DNA of 64,000 nt from NCBI GenBank assembly GCA_963662315.1, contig OY759353.1, positions 1,152,001-1,216,000 on the forward strand, read 5' to 3'. Positions within the stretch are counted from its first letter, which is position 1; every line of letters begins with the position of its first letter. This stretch comes from Geopsychrobacteraceae bacterium (GTDB lineage: Bacteria; Desulfobacterota; Desulfuromonadia; Desulfuromonadales; Geopsychrobacteraceae). The notes beneath the pieces were generated by a model. It was not told the origin of the DNA and made no database searches. It saw only the letters and a program-made list of their open reading frames with translations. The translations under genes and the position numbers were made by a program. This document shows positions 1 to 11,175 of the stretch, in pieces.

Positions 1-57
1 GAACCCGCGACCTCCGGCGTGACAGGCCGGCGTTGTAACCGACTCTACTACAGCCCC
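1..57 (-). tRNA. tRNA-Asp(GTC), 3' end cut by window edge
   Basis: Reverse complement GGGGCTGTAGTAGAGTCGGTTACAACGCCGGCCTGTCACGCCGGAGGTCGCGGGTTC: anticodon arm CCGGC-CTGTCAC-GCCGG and T-loop start GGTTC. Confidence 0.9.
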
Positions 58-151
58 GCAGAATAAAAGAGGAAGTAAAAGGGCCATTTATCTTGAAGAG
101 GGACACCCGTTACTTCCTACTTCTACTTTTTATCTTATCTTGAGGCGATAC

Positions 152-424
152 TCAGTTTACTGCGTCTTTCAAAGCCTTGCCTGCTTTGAATTTAGGCACT
201 TTAGCAGCAGCAATTTCAATGGCTTCGCCGGTTTGAGGGTTTTTACCGGTACGAGCAGAACGCTCGCCAACGCTAAAGGTTCCGAAACCCACCAGAGCAA
301 CTTTATCACCAGCTTTAAGCGCGTCAGTAATAGCTTCAGTAAAAGCTTTCAATGCACCTTCTGCATCAGTCTTGCTCAGCCCCGCCTTTTCTGCCATTGC
401 ATTGACCAGATCCGCTTTAGTCAC
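152..424 (-). CDS. hup: DNA-binding protein HU
   Basis: MTKADLV...GFGTF...[10 protein letters not shown]...[16 protein letters not shown] signature; AGGAGG RBS. Confidence 0.97.
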   Translation of the reverse strand: MTKADLVNAMAEKAGLSKTDAEGALKAFTEAITDALKAGDKVALVGFGTFSVGERSARTGKNPQTGEAIEIAAAKVPKFKAGKALKDAVN

Positions 425-554
425 AGCATACCTCCTAGAAGTTATTAAGTAATTTAAAAATTGAAAACGCGATCATGTATATCAGGTTTACAAAAATACT
501 GTCAAGTTGTTTTTCCCACCAATATGGGCTTTGCCGCGACTTTAACGACCTTTT

Positions 555-2909
555 TTATTGCTTATCAACTGGCGGCATTAAAGCTCGATCAAGAACCAGA
601 TCCATATGATCGACATCTTCAACAGAAAGTGTTTTTAATACATCTTGGGGTATCTCTGCAAGGTCTTTTTTATTGTCCTTAGGAATTAATACCTGAGTGA
701 TGCCCCCACGCCTTGCTGCAAGCAACTTTTCCTTTAATCCCCCAATGGGAAGAACCCTGCCACGCAAAGTGACTTCACCCGTCATGGCCAGATCCTTGCG
801 AACCGCACGCCCTGTCAAAGCCGAAGTAATTGCCGTCGCCATGGTAATACCCGCAGAAGGGCCATCTTTGGGAACCGCCCCCTCTGGAACGTGAATATGC
901 AGGTCGATTTCGGAATAAAAATCCTTATTCAAACCAAGCTCCTGCCACCTCGACCTCACATAACTGAGTGCAGCCTGGGCAGATTCTTTCATAACATCTC
1001 CAAGATGCCCGGTAACCGTCAGCTTCCCCTTTCCTGGCAGACAGGTCACTTCAATGGACAACAATTCTCCACCGGTCTGAGTCCACGCAAGACCGGTAGC
1101 AACACCGACCTGATCAGTCTGTTCACGCATACCATACTGAAATTGGGGGACACCAAGATATTTAGCGACCTGAAACTCTCCAACTGAAAAAACCTTGTTT
1201 GTTCCTTCAGACAAAGCGCGTTTCGCCAATTTTCGCATAATTGCAGCAATATTCCGATCAAGACTGCGTACTCCAGCCTCGCGGGTATATCGACGAATAA
1301 CTTCGTAAAGAGCACGATCAGAAAAACGAATATTATCCAGATCAAGGCCGTGATTTTCAGCCTGCTTATTCAACAGATATTTACGAGCGATGTTAAGTTT
1401 TTCCTCTTCACTGTAACCAGCGATACTAATGACTTCAAGGCGATCATGTAATGGCCGCGGAATAGCGTGAAGATCATTGGCTGTGGCCACGAACAAAACC
1501 TCTGAGAGGTCATAATCCACATCAAGAAAGTGATCACCGAAGTTGTGATTCTGTTCAGGATCAAGGACTTCCAGCAGAGCTGAAGACGGATCGCCACGAA
1601 AATCCGTACTCATCTTATCGATTTCATCGAGCATAAATACAGGATTCTTGACCCCCGACTTGCGTAGGCTCTGAATAATTTTACCCGGCATAGCGCCAAT
1701 GTAGGTACGTCTATGCCCTCTTATTTCAGCCTCGTCACGCACCCCCCCGAGGGAAATCCGGATAAATTTCCGTTGCAGAGCTTTGGCTATCGACTGCCCA
1801 AGAGAGGTTTTGCCCACCCCGGGAGGTCCAACAAGACACAAAATTGGCCCCTTAATACGCTTAACCATCGCCTGTACCGCAAGGTACTCAAGGACACGCT
1901 CCTTGACTTTTTCAAGGCCATAGTGATCTGCTTCAAGAATCTCTTCAGCTTTTTCGAGATCGTAACGATCCTTGGTGCCCTTCTGCCAGGGAAGGGCCAA
2001 CAGCCACTCTATATAATTACGGACAACAGTAGCCTCTGCAGACATTGGGGACATCATCTTCAATTTCCGCAACTCAGCATAAGCTTTTTCAGTTGCCTCC
2101 TTTGACATCCGCTTTTTCTTTATCTGCTCTTCAAACTGACTAATCTCCTGTTTGAATTCATCATGCTCACCAAGTTCTTTCTGGATGGCTCGCATCTGCT
2201 CATTAAGATAATACTCCTTCTGGCTGCGCTCCATCTGGTTTTTAACCCGACTGCGAATCCTGCTTTCAATCTGCAGTATTTCAATCTCTTGCTCTAAAAG
2301 AGCTAAAAGGTGCTCTAGCCTGTCAGTCGGGTCAAGCAACTCAAGGATTTCCTGTTTTTCAGCAATAGGAATCTGAAGATGCCCAGCGACGGTATCGGCA
2401 AGACGGGAAGGATCGTCAATACCACTAATAGATGCGCTGACTTCAGCTGGAAGTTTTTTACTCAACCCAACATAGGTTTCAAAGGTGGAGTTAATGGCCC
2501 GCATAACAGCAGTAAGCTCTGAACGATCAGAAATTGACTCTTCCAGAGGAATAATATCTGCTTCAAGCAATGATTCAGTTTTTAAAAAGGACCCAATCTG
2601 TCCGCGCCAGATCCCCTCAACCAAAACTTTAACTGTTCCGTCAGGAAGTTTTAGCAGTTGCACAATCTTACCAACGGTACCAACCTGAAACAGATCATCC
2701 TGTTCTGGGTTATCAACCTTCGGATCTTTCTGACTGGTAAGAAAAATTAGCTTATCGCTATCCTGAGCCTTTTCCAAAGCGCCTATAGACTGAGCACGGC
2801 CAACAAATAAAGGAGCAACCATATAGGGGAAGATAATAATATCCCTTAACGGAAGTAATGGCAGGACGCGCCTTTCAGGATGATGTTCGGTAAAAATGGT
2901 TTCGGACAT
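555..2909 (-). CDS. lon: ATP-dependent Lon protease
   Basis: LON N-domain LPLLPLRD, Walker A GPPGVGKT, catalytic PKDGPSAG and GGLKEK. Confidence 0.98.
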   Translation of the reverse strand: MSETIFTEHHPERRVLPLLPLRDIIIFPYMVAPLFVGRAQSIGALEKAQDSDKLIFLTSQKDPKVDNPEQDDLFQVGTVGKIVQLLKLPDGTVKVLVEGIWRGQIGSFLKTESLLEADIIPLEESISDRSELTAVMRAINSTFETYVGLSKKLPAEVSASISGIDDPSRLADTVAGHLQIPIAEKQEILELLDPTDRLEHLLALLEQEIEILQIESRIRSRVKNQMERSQKEYYLNEQMRAIQKELGEHDEFKQEISQFEEQIKKKRMSKEATEKAYAELRKLKMMSPMSAEATVVRNYIEWLLALPWQKGTKDRYDLEKAEEILEADHYGLEKVKERVLEYLAVQAMVKRIKGPILCLVGPPGVGKTSLGQSIAKALQRKFIRISLGGVRDEAEIRGHRRTYIGAMPGKIIQSLRKSGVKNPVFMLDEIDKMSTDFRGDPSSALLEVLDPEQNHNFGDHFLDVDYDLSEVLFVATANDLHAIPRPLHDRLEVISIAGYSEEEKLNIARKYLLNKQAENHGLDLDNIRFSDRALYEVIRRYTREAGVRSLDRNIAAIMRKLAKRALSEGTNKVFSVGEFQVAKYLGVPQFQYGMREQTDQVGVATGLAWTQTGGELLSIEVTCLPGKGKLTVTGHLGDVMKESAQAALSYVRSRWQELGLNKDFYSEIDLHIHVPEGAVPKDGPSAGITMATAITSALTGRAVRKDLAMTGEVTLRGRVLPIGGLKEKLLAARRGGITQVLIPKDNKKDLAEIPQDVLKTLSVEDVDHMDLVLDRALMPPVDKQ

Positions 2910-2992
2910 AACAAAGCCTTAAAAAATGAGAAAAGGAGTGCAGTCACAATAACCACACTCCCGGCATATTCAAAATATCAAATCAATGGACT

Positions 2993-4240
2993 TTATGCGC
3001 TTTCTGCAACATCATAAAGAATGATCGGCTTGGCGCCTTTTGTAATGACTTCTTCATTAAGAACGACTTCCTTGACACGATCTTGAGAAGGAATATCATA
3101 CATAACGTCAAGCATTGCATTCTCAAGAATAGAGCGCAAGCCACGGGCCCCAGTCTTGCGAATGAGCGCTTCCTTCGCAACGGCAATCAATGCACCATCA
3201 GTAAATTTGAGATGAACCTTTTCCATCTCAAATAATCGTTGGTATTGTTTCATCAGTGCGTTTTTAGGCTCGCGAAGAATCTGAATCAGCGCTTCTTCAT
3301 CCAGCTCCTCAAGAGTCGCAATAACCGGGATACGACCGACAAACTCTGGAATAAGTCCGAATTTAAGCAGATCAGCGGGTTGAACCTTAGGCAACAGCTG
3401 GCTTAAATCTTCTTCTTTAAATGAGCGCACTTCAGCACCAAATCCCATGGCCTTGGACCCAATGCGCCGACTGATAATTTTTTCAAGACCGGCAAACGCG
3501 CCACCACAAATGAACAGAATATTTGTTGTATCGACTTTAAGAAACTCTTGTTGTGGATGCTTTCTTCCACCTTTGGGTGGAACACTGGCTGTCGTTCCTT
3601 CAATAATCTTCAGCAAAGCCTGCTGAACCCCCTCCCCGGACACATCACGAGTAATCGAGGGAGATTCGGATTTACGGGCTATTTTATCAACTTCATCAAT
3701 ATAGATGATGCCTTTTTGCGCCTTATCCAAATCATAATCAGCCGCCTGCAGCAAGCTCAGTATAATATTTTCGACATCCTCGCCGACATACCCTGCCTCG
3801 GTAAGGTTAGTTGCATCCGCAATGGTAAACGGAACATCCAAAACCTTAGCCAACGTTTGCGCTAAAAGAGTTTTGCCACTACCAGTAGGTCCGAGCAATA
3901 GGATGTTACTTTTCTGAATTTCTATATCATCATGTTTTTCAGAAAATTCTACCCGTTTATAGTGGTTATAAACGGCAACCGAGAGTGTTTTCTTAGCTCT
4001 TTCTTGCCCAACCACGTACTCGTCAAGAACTTCTTTAATTTCCACTGGTTTAGGTAACTGCTTCGACTCTGCCCCAGAGGCCTGGTCAAGACGGGCTTCT
4101 TCATCGATAATATCGTTACAGAGCTCTATACACTCATCACAAATGTAAACAGTCGGACCAGCTATCAGCTTTTTGACTTCATCCTGTGACTTGCCGCAGA
4201 ACGAGCACGTCAATTGGCTGTTTTCATCCTTAGAACTCAC
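2993..4240 (-). CDS. clpX: ATP-dependent Clp protease ATP-binding subunit ClpX
   Basis: Zn finger CSFCGK...[25 protein letters not shown] motif. Confidence 0.98.
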   Translation of the reverse strand: MSSKDENSQLTCSFCGKSQDEVKKLIAGPTVYICDECIELCNDIIDEEARLDQASGAESKQLPKPVEIKEVLDEYVVGQERAKKTLSVAVYNHYKRVEFSEKHDDIEIQKSNILLLGPTGSGKTLLAQTLAKVLDVPFTIADATNLTEAGYVGEDVENIILSLLQAADYDLDKAQKGIIYIDEVDKIARKSESPSITRDVSGEGVQQALLKIIEGTTASVPPKGGRKHPQQEFLKVDTTNILFICGGAFAGLEKIISRRIGSKAMGFGAEVRSFKEEDLSQLLPKVQPADLLKFGLIPEFVGRIPVIATLEELDEEALIQILREPKNALMKQYQRLFEMEKVHLKFTDGALIAVAKEALIRKTGARGLRSILENAMLDVMYDIPSQDRVKEVVLNEEVITKGAKPIILYDVAESA

Positions 4241-4267
4241 CTATTACACCTCCGCCATGCAATTGTT

Positions 4268-4852
4268 TCAGCTTTTTCTTTCAACGATTGAATCGATAAT
4301 ACCATAACTGCATGCGGTTTCGCTATCCATGAAAAAATCTCGTTCCGTATCGTTGCTGATTTTCTCAAGAGTCTGACCGGTATGACTTGCAAGAATTCCG
4401 TTCAAAGACTCACGCATCCGTAAAATCTCCTGTGCATGAATACTGATATCAGTAGCCTGTCCCTGGAAACCGCCAAGAGGTTGATGGATCATGATCCGAG
4501 CGTTCGGCAAAGCATAGCGCTTTCCTGCAGCACCAGCGGCAAGTAGAACAGCCCCCATACTTGCTGCCTGTCCAACACAGATTGTCGACACAGGAGCTTT
4601 CAAGTATTGCATAGTGTCATAAATAGCCATCCCAGCAGTAACTACCCCACCAGGGGAGTTAATATAGAGATGAATATCCCGATCAGGATCTTCAGACTCC
4701 AGGAACAGCATCTGAGCTATAATGAGGTTAGCCATATGGTCTTCAATAGCCCCCCCTAGGAAGATAATCCGATCTTTCAGCAGTCGACTATATATATCAT
4801 AGGCACGTTCGCCCCGACCGCTATCTTCAACAACCATAGGTACTAAACTCAT
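4268..4852 (-). CDS. clpP: ATP-dependent Clp protease proteolytic subunit
   Basis: [21 protein letters not shown] (Ser), MIHQP (His). Confidence 0.98.
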   Translation of the reverse strand: MSLVPMVVEDSGRGERAYDIYSRLLKDRIIFLGGAIEDHMANLIIAQMLFLESEDPDRDIHLYINSPGGVVTAGMAIYDTMQYLKAPVSTICVGQAASMGAVLLAAGAAGKRYALPNARIMIHQPLGGFQGQATDISIHAQEILRMRESLNGILASHTGQTLEKISNDTERDFFMDSETACSYGIIDSIVERKS

Positions 4853-4861
4853 GTCGAACTC

Positions 4862-6187
4862 CTATTCTTCTTCATCTCCAACGTTGTCTGGAGTGATGAC
4901 TTCTTTTTCAACTTCAGTAATCTTAGCGTTGTCACGCAGATACTGAGTTACCTTATCATGAACAATTTGAGATTTCAGACCAGACTTTGCCTGTTCATTA
5001 CCAAAGTACTGTTGTACTTGCTCCAACGGAGCATTATTACTGTCCGCAAGTTCTTTAATCTTTGCTTCAACATCTTCATCACTTGCGTCAATATTTTCCT
5101 GCTTTGCAATAGCGGCAATGAGCAAATCGGCCTTAACCTGCTGTTCAGCCATATCACGATAAGTCGCAGCAAAGCTGTCATCATTCATCCCAAGCATCTC
5201 AAAGGTCATCCCCTGAGACTTCAGTCTCTGAGAAAAGCTGTCTTTAAGATACATGAGTTGGTTTTTGACCATACCCTCAGGAACATCAAAAGGATTGCGG
5301 CTGATCAACTCATTGACGATGCTTTCAGTCACCTGCGTCTCACTTCGTTCAGCTTCAAGAGCGATTGTATTCTCCTTAAGGCGCTGACGTAAAGCCTCCA
5401 TATTTTCAGCATCGAACTGTTTTGCAAATTCATCGTTGAGCTTAGGAACAACTTTTTCTTTTATTTCTTTCAGCACCACTTTAAATACAGCGGCCTTACC
5501 AGCAAGATCCTTGGATCCGTAACCTTCAGGGAAGGAGACTTCAATATCCTTCTCCTGATCACGCTTCATGCCGGCAACCTGGTCCTCAAACCCGGGGATA
5601 AAACTATTTGATCCGAGTTCAAGCTGATAATCCTGTGCCGCTCCATTGGCGAAGGCAGTGCCATCAATAAAACCCTCAAAATCGATAATGACAGTATCCC
5701 CTTCACGGGCAACCTTGCGCTTACTGACTTCCAGCTGGGCATGATTTTCAGCCATACCGTTCAGCTGCCTGTCAACAGTACTTTCATCATAAGGCAAAAC
5801 TTCCTTATCAACTGCAATACCGGTATAATCTTTAGCTTCAACAGCCGGACGAATTTCAACTTCTGCTTCGTAAGTAAAAGGCTTTCCGGCTTCGACTTCA
5901 CTTGATTCGACAACCTGAGGCTGGGAAACAGCGTCAATTTTCTCATCTACTATAGCCTTATAAAGGCTGTTATTAATCAGGGCACCGACTGTGTCGTACT
6001 GAGCTTTAGGTCCGAAATGCTGTTCAAGAATAGCCCGCGGCACCTTGCCTTTACGGAAACCTTTAATATTAGCAGTCTTTGCAATCTTCTTGTAAGCATT
6101 GTTCAACTCAGAGGCAACAACATCCTCTGCAACCTCAATATAAAGTTTCTTTTTAATGGAGCTAAGCTCTTCAACCCTGACGTTCAT
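4862..6187 (-). CDS. tig: Trigger factor
   Basis: GFRKGKVP ribosome-binding motif, FKBP domain FIPGFE; tig-clpP-clpX-lon order. Confidence 0.97.
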   Translation of the reverse strand: MNVRVEELSSIKKKLYIEVAEDVVASELNNAYKKIAKTANIKGFRKGKVPRAILEQHFGPKAQYDTVGALINNSLYKAIVDEKIDAVSQPQVVESSEVEAGKPFTYEAEVEIRPAVEAKDYTGIAVDKEVLPYDESTVDRQLNGMAENHAQLEVSKRKVAREGDTVIIDFEGFIDGTAFANGAAQDYQLELGSNSFIPGFEDQVAGMKRDQEKDIEVSFPEGYGSKDLAGKAAVFKVVLKEIKEKVVPKLNDEFAKQFDAENMEALRQRLKENTIALEAERSETQVTESIVNELISRNPFDVPEGMVKNQLMYLKDSFSQRLKSQGMTFEMLGMNDDSFAATYRDMAEQQVKADLLIAAIAKQENIDASDEDVEAKIKELADSNNAPLEQVQQYFGNEQAKSGLKSQIVHDKVTQYLRDNAKITEVEKEVITPDNVGDEEE

Positions 6188-6298
6188 TCAAAAAATTCCT
6201 TCCTGATTTGGTAATTATTTTATAGAGCTGGAAGTTTAGACAACTCGAATCTATCACATTCTGCCACCTTGATGACAAGGAGTCTCTTCCTAAGGGAA

Positions 6299-6383
<85 letters not shown>

Positions 6384-6471
6384 AATCGACCTACAAAGAA
6401 ACAATGCCCACCCTCCCATACCCACCCTAACGGGATCTCGAGCAAGGAAGGTGAGCATAGTACATTTTGAA

Positions 6472-6548
6472 TGGGGTGAGTGAAGGGGATCGAACCCTCG
6501 ACGCCTGGAGCCACAATCCAGTGCTCTACCAACTGAGCTACACCCACC
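6472..6548 (-). tRNA. tRNA-His(GTG), including G-1
   Basis: GGTGGGTGTAGCTCAGTTGGTAGAGCACTGGATTGTGGCTCCAG...GGTTCGATCCCCTTCACTCACCCCA. Confidence 0.97.
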
Positions 6549-6562
6549 AGAAAAACCCGGCC

Positions 6563-6591
6563 ATGTTACGGAAATGACTATCCCTTGTCAA
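6563..6591 (-). promoter_or_regulatory. sigma-70 promoter for tRNA-His/Leu (and tig)
   Basis: TTGACA-17 bp-TAACAT followed by GC-rich discriminator GGCCGGG, typical of stable-RNA promoters. Confidence 0.75.
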
Positions 6592-6599
6592 TTCAAAAA

Positions 6600-6676
<77 letters not shown>

Positions 6677-6720
6677 ATTAGTCGTTAACAACGAACAGCT
6701 ACCTGGCTAGGTAGGGTGCG

Positions 6721-6749
6721 TTTCTAGCATGCCAAAATAAGTTTTGCAA
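6721..6749 (-). promoter_or_regulatory. sigma-70 promoter for tRNA-Arg
   Basis: TTGCAA-17 bp-TAGAAA with TG extension and GC-rich discriminator CGCACCC. Confidence 0.55.
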
Positions 6750-6777
6750 ATAAAATTTTTGAGCTGAGGCAAAAAAA

Positions 6778-7470
6778 TTAATCAAGCCCCAAAGCAGGGT
6801 CCTCGGAAAAAATATCCGTCTCCGAACGACACCCTTCCTCAGGATTTAACGGGTTGGAAATACTCATATTGTCAACAATAGCTTCAGGGTCTCCTGAAAA
6901 AGGATCACTGACTTTACGCCGGGAAGAAACGGCTGATTTAACATGTGTAACCGTGCGCTGCAAACGCTCAAGGCCAGAGCTTAATCCAGGATCCTCATCA
7001 AAGGGATCAATCAGACCTTGCGTTTCAAGTGGCAAATCAAAGAAGCTGTCTTCTGCAAAAAAATCTGTTCTATAAGCACCACCGGCATCATGGCTGGCAG
7101 AAAAGGAAGCAATAGACAGCGCAAAAAGCTGCTTTATCTCCCGAAGCAACGAACTCGGTTCAGGCAGACCTTCTTTATATAAAGAGGATAATTGCAACAG
7201 CCAATCACAAGCCAACCGGAGCAAATCGGCATCCGACTTGTGTATGGTTGTAGCGGCCCTGACATGCCGATCTAAGAGCTCACGGATATCTGCCACCAAT
7301 ATAATGGCTGACTTGCAGGATGAAGAAGTACAGCCATTCATCAGTTCATCGGAACGGGTCATCATCTCTTTTAACCGCGCCTGCTTACCGATTCCAGTGC
7401 TCAAAAATTCCTGCAGCTTCACAATATAATGGTCGACCATTTCAAAGTCGCTTTTATTTTGCATAGACAT
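6778..7470 (-). CDS. Hypothetical protein: Hpt-like helical N-terminus and acidic tail with four DxFxxD(P/S) motifs
   Basis: 230-aa ORF with GAGAGG RBS; DADLLRLACDWLLQL resembles the last Hpt/CheA-P1 helix. Confidence 0.6.
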   Translation of the reverse strand: MSMQNKSDFEMVDHYIVKLQEFLSTGIGKQARLKEMMTRSDELMNGCTSSSCKSAIILVADIRELLDRHVRAATTIHKSDADLLRLACDWLLQLSSLYKEGLPEPSSLLREIKQLFALSIASFSASHDAGGAYRTDFFAEDSFFDLPLETQGLIDPFDEDPGLSSGLERLQRTVTHVKSAVSSRRKVSDPFSGDPEAIVDNMSISNPLNPEEGCRSETDIFSEDPALGLD

Positions 7471-7538
7471 TTACACCCTCTCTGACACCTGCTTGTCGCC
7501 CACCAGGTCAACCATTAAGCGACATAAAGCGATTCCAG

Positions 7539-7557
7539 ATAGAAAATGAGTATCAAT
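7539..7557. promoter_or_regulatory. Possible Fur box
   Basis: ATTGATACTCATTTTCTAT (minus strand), 12/15 to the TGAAAATCATTTTCA-type Fur core, about 70 bp upstream of the 7470 ORF. Confidence 0.4.
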
Positions 7558-7677
7558 TCAAAAGCAGCCAGACACCGTGAACTCATTTATTCGGTGGCGA
7601 CATACGCTCAGCATATACATAAGGCAACACCATAAAGGTCAGCCCTCAAAATACACCCTAAAAAAAGGCGCCATCCG

Positions 7678-8586
7678 TTAACCACGCACAGCATTAAGAT
7701 GGAAATCAACAGGGACCTGTACCTTACAGGGGACCGATCCCCCCCCAACGTGGGCCGGTACAAATTTCCACCGGTAAACAGTTTTACGCGCAGCCTTATC
7801 CAGCACACGGTAACCACTCGACTTCATCAATGAAACTTTGTCAACCGTACCATCCACGCTAACAGTGACTTCAAGCAGTACCCTCCCCTGCCATCCGCGC
7901 GAGCGGGCAACATCAGGATAATCAGGTTTTGGGTTTACGTCATACAGAGGCAGAGCCTGCATAGTGCCGGCTTCTGGATTTTGTTCCCCTCCATCTTTGA
8001 CCAAAACCGAAGCATCATTATAGTCATGAACTGGAACCGAAGCCCCAATCTGCTTCCCTGACTGGGCATCATTACCGAATAAATGATCAACGGCTGCGAA
8101 AACAGGAGACTGAACGACAAAAGGACTCGCAAGAGCGGCCTGGTACTCATCGACATCCTGCCTGCCTGTTTCGGCGGTTTTTCTGGAAAACTGATCAACA
8201 GCTGCGTCCAGATCTGAAATCACTAATGGGTCCGCAGGTTCGACCTCTGCTGCTCGCTTACCGCGAGCCTCCTGGCGCTTCACTATAGAGTTTTCCCCAA
8301 TGGCCTGGTTCTTAATGTTCACAACAGGCAAAGGAGATACCAAAGAAGGCTCTTGTACCTTCGCCGCTGCTGCTGACACAGGCGCAATCGCAACATCAGG
8401 ACTCAACTTACGCTCCGGCCTAAAATCGTAATATGTCGCTGAAACAAAAGAAATCCCGGACTGGGAAGACCGATCACTTGCCATATTCCGATATTGAGAG
8501 CAATTCAAAAGTGCAAACACTAAAACATGCACAATACAGGAAAATAGACAAAACCCGATAAATTTCCCGTTATCACAAAAACCCAT
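7678..8586 (-). CDS. tonB: Energy transducer TonB family protein
   Basis: N-terminal TM with SxxxH (SCIVH), C-terminal PDYPDVARSRGWQGRV...SSGYRVLDKAA...WKF. Confidence 0.88.
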   Translation of the reverse strand: MGFCDNGKFIGFCLFSCIVHVLVFALLNCSQYRNMASDRSSQSGISFVSATYYDFRPERKLSPDVAIAPVSAAAAKVQEPSLVSPLPVVNIKNQAIGENSIVKRQEARGKRAAEVEPADPLVISDLDAAVDQFSRKTAETGRQDVDEYQAALASPFVVQSPVFAAVDHLFGNDAQSGKQIGASVPVHDYNDASVLVKDGGEQNPEAGTMQALPLYDVNPKPDYPDVARSRGWQGRVLLEVTVSVDGTVDKVSLMKSSGYRVLDKAARKTVYRWKFVPAHVGGGSVPCKVQVPVDFHLNAVRG

Positions 8587-8739
8587 AAGCCCTATCTATG
8601 CCATATTTTGTTATTTTTCCCAATAACTCCTTGATCAAATATCGATTTTACTGATAGTTTGTCCAATCGATTTTAGCTACAAAAGAGTTACAAATTCGTA
8701 TCCAACGATGTTTTTTTAAAGATAAAGATAGCGTTTTAT

Positions 8740-11175
8740 ATGTCCAATAACAAGGCCTGCTATACAACTCCAGTACTTATAATACTGATTATCATTCTGC
8801 TGCAGAGCATTTCTTTTTCGGCAGAGCTAGATAATACATCTGCATCCGATGATAAAACAATCCCTTCCCTGCCAACCATCCATGTTGAAGCGCCAAGAAT
8901 AGCCGCAACAACAGGAACAGTTATTCTTGACAAACAGTTGATTGAAGATTTACCAACCAGAAATGGCAGCGAAAATGAACTTATTGGAATCGCACCGGCC
9001 GTTCAGTATAGTGAAAACTACAACTTATCCCAATCCGGGGGAGAGATATACCCCCCTCCGGTGAGCATATCGGGAAGTCGATTTTACGACAATCATTATA
9101 CAATTGACGGTCTTGACAATACCAGTATTCTCAACCCCGGCAGCGATATGTATAATGATTCATACACCCTGCCGGGAACACCTCAGAAACAATTTCTGAA
9201 TCCGCGATTAATCGAACAGATTACAATCTTCAACAGCAATATTCCAGCTGAATTTGGCGGTTTTACTGGTGGACAGATCAACGTCAAAACAATTGAACCC
9301 ACCCCTGAATTCTGGGGCCAGCTCAGTTACCGAACAACCAATGACCAGTGGACCAAATTCCATATTGAATCAGAAGACAAAGAAGAATTCTTCGCTGCTG
9401 AAAGTTCTGAATATCAACCGAAATTCAACAAGCAGGATTTTGGGCTGATTTTAAATACTCCCTTAAGCAATGGAACCTCTGTTCTTACTGCATATCAGAA
9501 GACTATCTCAGAAATAGAGCAGAACTCTGCAGATGGAGCTAAGACCAATCGACGTGAAAAAGAAAACGTACTGCTAAAAGCAAACCACTTTTTCAACAAC
9601 AGCACCCAGATAACTTTTACAGGCCTATATTCTCCAACCCATAACAGTTATTTCCTTAAAGATTTTCACAACAGTAATTACAGCATTGATCGGAATGTCT
9701 ACTCTCTGAATCTGGAAGTAGAAAAAGATTTCTCCTTCGGCCAATTGTCTATTCAAACCGGCCATGCTGCCCATCAAATTAAACGCAATGCGCCATTGAA
9801 CCGCTTTATATGGAATACAAGTTCGGAAGAACTTAACCGTGAGGGGGGCAATGGCAACCTTGAATATAGCGAAAGAGAAATCAGTTTCAAATCGAAGTTA
9901 AAGATCAAGTCTTTCAACATGAGAGAAACTAACCATCATATTGATATCGGTGTTGAGGCCGGTTACGAAACAACAGGATACCTGCGCCCAAAATCTTCTT
10001 CGACTTACGCTTCTGCACAAGTAGCTGCAGACACGATCTGCAGCCCTGGCGATCCGGCCTGCCTTGAGGGTGATCGCTATTTAAAAATCAAGACAACCTA
10101 TAATGAAGCCGACACTTCTGATTCAAACACCCAGTTGAGATTTTTTATTCAGGACTCAATGGTCTGGAAACGCTTAGAACTATTTCCAGGATTGCGCGTC
10201 AATTATGACAGTCTAACCGAAGATGTTAATTTTGCCCCACGCCTGTCGAGCTCTCTCGATTTTTTCGGTGATGGCTCAACCATTATGTTTGCAGGACGAA
10301 ACAAATATTACAGTAGTACCCTTCTTGAACCAGGGACATACAGTTACACATTCTATAACCGTGATTCCAGCACTCAAAATTGGTATGTCAAAAACTACAA
10401 TAATTTCATAACCGCAGATATAAAATCTCCAAGCACTACAGAGACGACCATAGGGGTTATTCAGAAAATCTTTGGGGGAGAGCTGAAAGGTCAATATATA
10501 CACAAGGAAAGTAAAAATGAATTTGCCCGGACCCACATTACGACAAAGGAAAATACAGAAACTATTGATAGTGGCACAAAAACAGTTACATACAATACTT
10601 ACTATCTAAACAATGATGGTCAGTCTGAGTATGAGAGTATGCTTTTGAGTTGGCAGAAAACCTGGGAGCAACACTATTTTGAAATCAACAGCACCTGGCA
10701 GGTTTCGACAACATCAAATGGTGTTTATACGGATAATTTTGACCGTGAAGATGCAAGGGAAACATATTGGTACGAAGGAAAAGAATATTACAAATATGAA
10801 AAACCAAAAGCAGATTTCAACCGGCCAACGGTTGTAAATATGATCTACAGATGGCAGATCAACGAAGCTGTCAACTTCACCAACACACTGAAATACCGTG
10901 GCCAGTACTGGACCTTAAGATACGCCGGGACGCAACCAAGTGTCCTTAATCCAGACCAGGAACGAGATCCTTTTATCTACAAAAAAGTCAAAGCTAAAAG
11001 CGCTCTCACGGTTGACTGGTCTGTCAACTGGAGAGTCCTCGGAATCGATAATTACGATATTATTGTAAACCTCGATATCCTGAATGTTTTCAACAAACGC
11101 AATAAACAGGGTTACCTTTTTAACAACTACGATATCGGGCGCCAGTTCTGGTTAGGAATCGATTTCAATTTTTAA
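8740..11175 (+). CDS. TonB-dependent outer membrane receptor
   Basis: Signal peptide, plug motifs ISGSRFYDNHYTIDG and IPAEFGGFTGG, APRLS, terminal GIDFNF (C-terminal Phe). Confidence 0.88.
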   Translation: MSNNKACYTTPVLIILIIILLQSISFSAELDNTSASDDKTIPSLPTIHVEAPRIAATTGTVILDKQLIEDLPTRNGSENELIGIAPAVQYSENYNLSQSGGEIYPPPVSISGSRFYDNHYTIDGLDNTSILNPGSDMYNDSYTLPGTPQKQFLNPRLIEQITIFNSNIPAEFGGFTGGQINVKTIEPTPEFWGQLSYRTTNDQWTKFHIESEDKEEFFAAESSEYQPKFNKQDFGLILNTPLSNGTSVLTAYQKTISEIEQNSADGAKTNRREKENVLLKANHFFNNSTQITFTGLYSPTHNSYFLKDFHNSNYSIDRNVYSLNLEVEKDFSFGQLSIQTGHAAHQIKRNAPLNRFIWNTSSEELNREGGNGNLEYSEREISFKSKLKIKSFNMRETNHHIDIGVEAGYETTGYLRPKSSSTYASAQVAADTICSPGDPACLEGDRYLKIKTTYNEADTSDSNTQLRFFIQDSMVWKRLELFPGLRVNYDSLTEDVNFAPRLSSSLDFFGDGSTIMFAGRNKYYSSTLLEPGTYSYTFYNRDSSTQNWYVKNYNNFITADIKSPSTTETTIGVIQKIFGGELKGQYIHKESKNEFARTHITTKENTETIDSGTKTVTYNTYYLNNDGQSEYESMLLSWQKTWEQHYFEINSTWQVSTTSNGVYTDNFDREDARETYWYEGKEYYKYEKPKADFNRPTVVNMIYRWQINEAVNFTNTLKYRGQYWTLRYAGTQPSVLNPDQERDPFIYKKVKAKSALTVDWSVNWRVLGIDNYDIIVNLDILNVFNKRNKQGYLFNNYDIGRQFWLGIDFNF

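Noticed and set aside
1..57. A-A mismatch in the tRNA-Asp D-stem as a sign of a pseudogene
   Set aside because: Other visible arms are intact, and single D-stem mismatches are tolerated or may be a base-call error
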